A stretch of 63,777 nt of DNA, the filler included, from Olpidium bornovanus S191 (lineage: Eukaryota; Fungi; Olpidiomycota): NCBI GenBank assembly GCA_017911155.1. It is 29 parts of 29 records of this genome, joined end to end, with 100 filler letters (N's around TTAATTAATTAA, not from the genome) between each part and the next. Parts side by side here need not be neighbours in the genome. Positions count along the whole stretch, not along the records: positions 59,984 to 62,608 come from JAEFCI010003257.1; positions 62,709 to 63,777 come from JAEFCI010009966.1; 27 more parts are not named here. One strand, written 5' to 3'. Shown one piece after another: positions 62,521 through 63,777 of the stretch. Within the stretch, counting starts at the first letter, position 1. Every line of letters begins with the position of its first letter. The notes below the pieces were generated by a model, which was not told the DNA's origin, did no database searches, and saw only the letters and a program-made list of their open reading frames with translations. The position numbers and the translations under genes are program-made.

Positions 62521-63777
62521 AAAACGCGAGACGGTTTTCCGTTCTGTTTGAATTACGCGAAGCTGGAAAAGAAAAAAGAAATTGTTTGGCCAAGCGAGAG
62601 AGCGGCGGNNNNNNNNNNNNNNNNNNNNNNNNNNNNNNNNNNNNNNNNNNNNTTAATTAATTAANNNNNNNNNNNNNNNNNNNNNNNNNNNNNNNNNNNN
62701 NNNNNNNNCATGCACGCGACTTTCCAGGGGCGGCTCGGGAGAGGGCCAAAACCTGACGGTGTCGAGAGCGGAAGGCACATCATTCTTCTCGTCATATTGC
62801 TCCGGTACGCTAACCGCCAATCTGATAATACGAGAATGTCCAGCGGTTGTGATTCCCTCGCCGCTGGCGGACGATGGCTGGACCCGCACCACGATTATCT
62901 AAAAATAGAACATTGACTGTACGCTGCAATTTTTATTTAGAATAGTCGGCCTGGCCGGATGGTGGCCGGCTGGGGTTCTGCGCGTTCCCGGAGCCGGGTT
63001 CCGTTGGCTTTTTTTTTATTCTCCCTTCGACAGGGCTAAGTCCGAGGGAACGGAAACCCAGAGAGTTGGAAATCCCCGCAGCACCGCGAAAAAAAACACG
63101 CTCGAAAGGACGGGGACCTCTACTCCGGATTTCGCAAAACTGTCAAAAAATCCTATATGTGTTTCTTCTACGTATCTGGAAAAGCGGGAAAAAGCAAAAT
63201 CAAACAAAAACAAAAAAAAAACAAAAAAAACAAAACATAAAAAAACAAAAAAAAAACCAAAAAAAAACCAAAAAAACCAAAAAAAAACCAAAAAATACGC
63301 GCGTGTCGTTGAAGGAAAAACCAGAACGTTCACCAAAGGATTGGCCCGCAAGATGCCGATCACAGGGGGGACTACGCACGCATGAAACGGGGATATCTGT
63401 CCTCTGGTTTTTTTTTAATGCTGTGAAAGGCTTTTTCCCTTTTGTCCTCTTTTGACGACATTGCCGTCAAACCAGAGCTTGTACGGCGCCATATGCCGCG
63501 AAGCGCCGGAATCTACGAGGATATGATAATCGATGTTGACGTGTTGCTTGGTAGGAGGCAGACGAAGGCAGAAGGTGGAAGTTGCCACGAGGAGATGGAA
63601 AGTTGCCCCCCCCCCACCGGACGGTCACGTCTGCCGTGGTTGTTAAAACGAGGCGTAACATTTGGTCCGGCCACCAGATCCCCAACCTGGGTGCAACGTT
63701 ACGTGCGAGGCAGCAAAACGGCGCACGCAGAGGCGTTTGCCCGATGACACGTGCGTTACTTGAGGTCCCGTACCATG

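Overview
This is not one locus. It is 29 short contigs (about 1.0-4.2 kb) joined by 28 artificial 100-nt spacers (N44-TTAATTAATTAA-N44), so adjacency across spacers has no biological meaning. 28 contigs look like a GC-rich, intron-rich, homopolymer-rich early-diverging fungus. The gene set, intron style and assembly style recall the fragmented Olpidium bornovanus draft, but that is recollection and is unverified. Recognisable, mostly partial, spliced genes: a MARVEL-type membrane protein, an FH1-FH2 formin, ERCC1/Rad10, an RNF126/115-like E3 ligase with (CAG)32, RNase H2 subunit C, a FUSC/Bre4-like transporter, VDAC porin, an animal-type guanylate-binding protein (GBP), a HAL-family kinase, a cytochrome P450, enoyl-CoA hydratase, Paf1, a Kre9-like secreted protein, a STYX orthologue that keeps its catalytic Cys, a PMCA/Pmc1 Ca-ATPase and Sey1. 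There is one tRNA-Gly(CCC). LTR-retrotransposon pieces: a decayed Gypsy gag-pol, a Bianca-like Copia 3' end with PPT and LTR, an LTR with a half-tRNAiMet PBS in front of a Gypsy-type gag, and a deleted Copia. One contig (50478-51586) is bacterial (HMG-CoA lyase end, terminator, MmeI-like type IIL R-M gene) and is fused to unrelated DNA exactly at a CATG. 19 of 58 contig ends are exactly CATG, which suggests an NlaIII-based library and a risk of chimeras. I found no multi-gene novel system. The best leads are the two unusual retroelements, the GBP and the active-site STYX. All protein calls come from motif recognition by eye; no database search was run.
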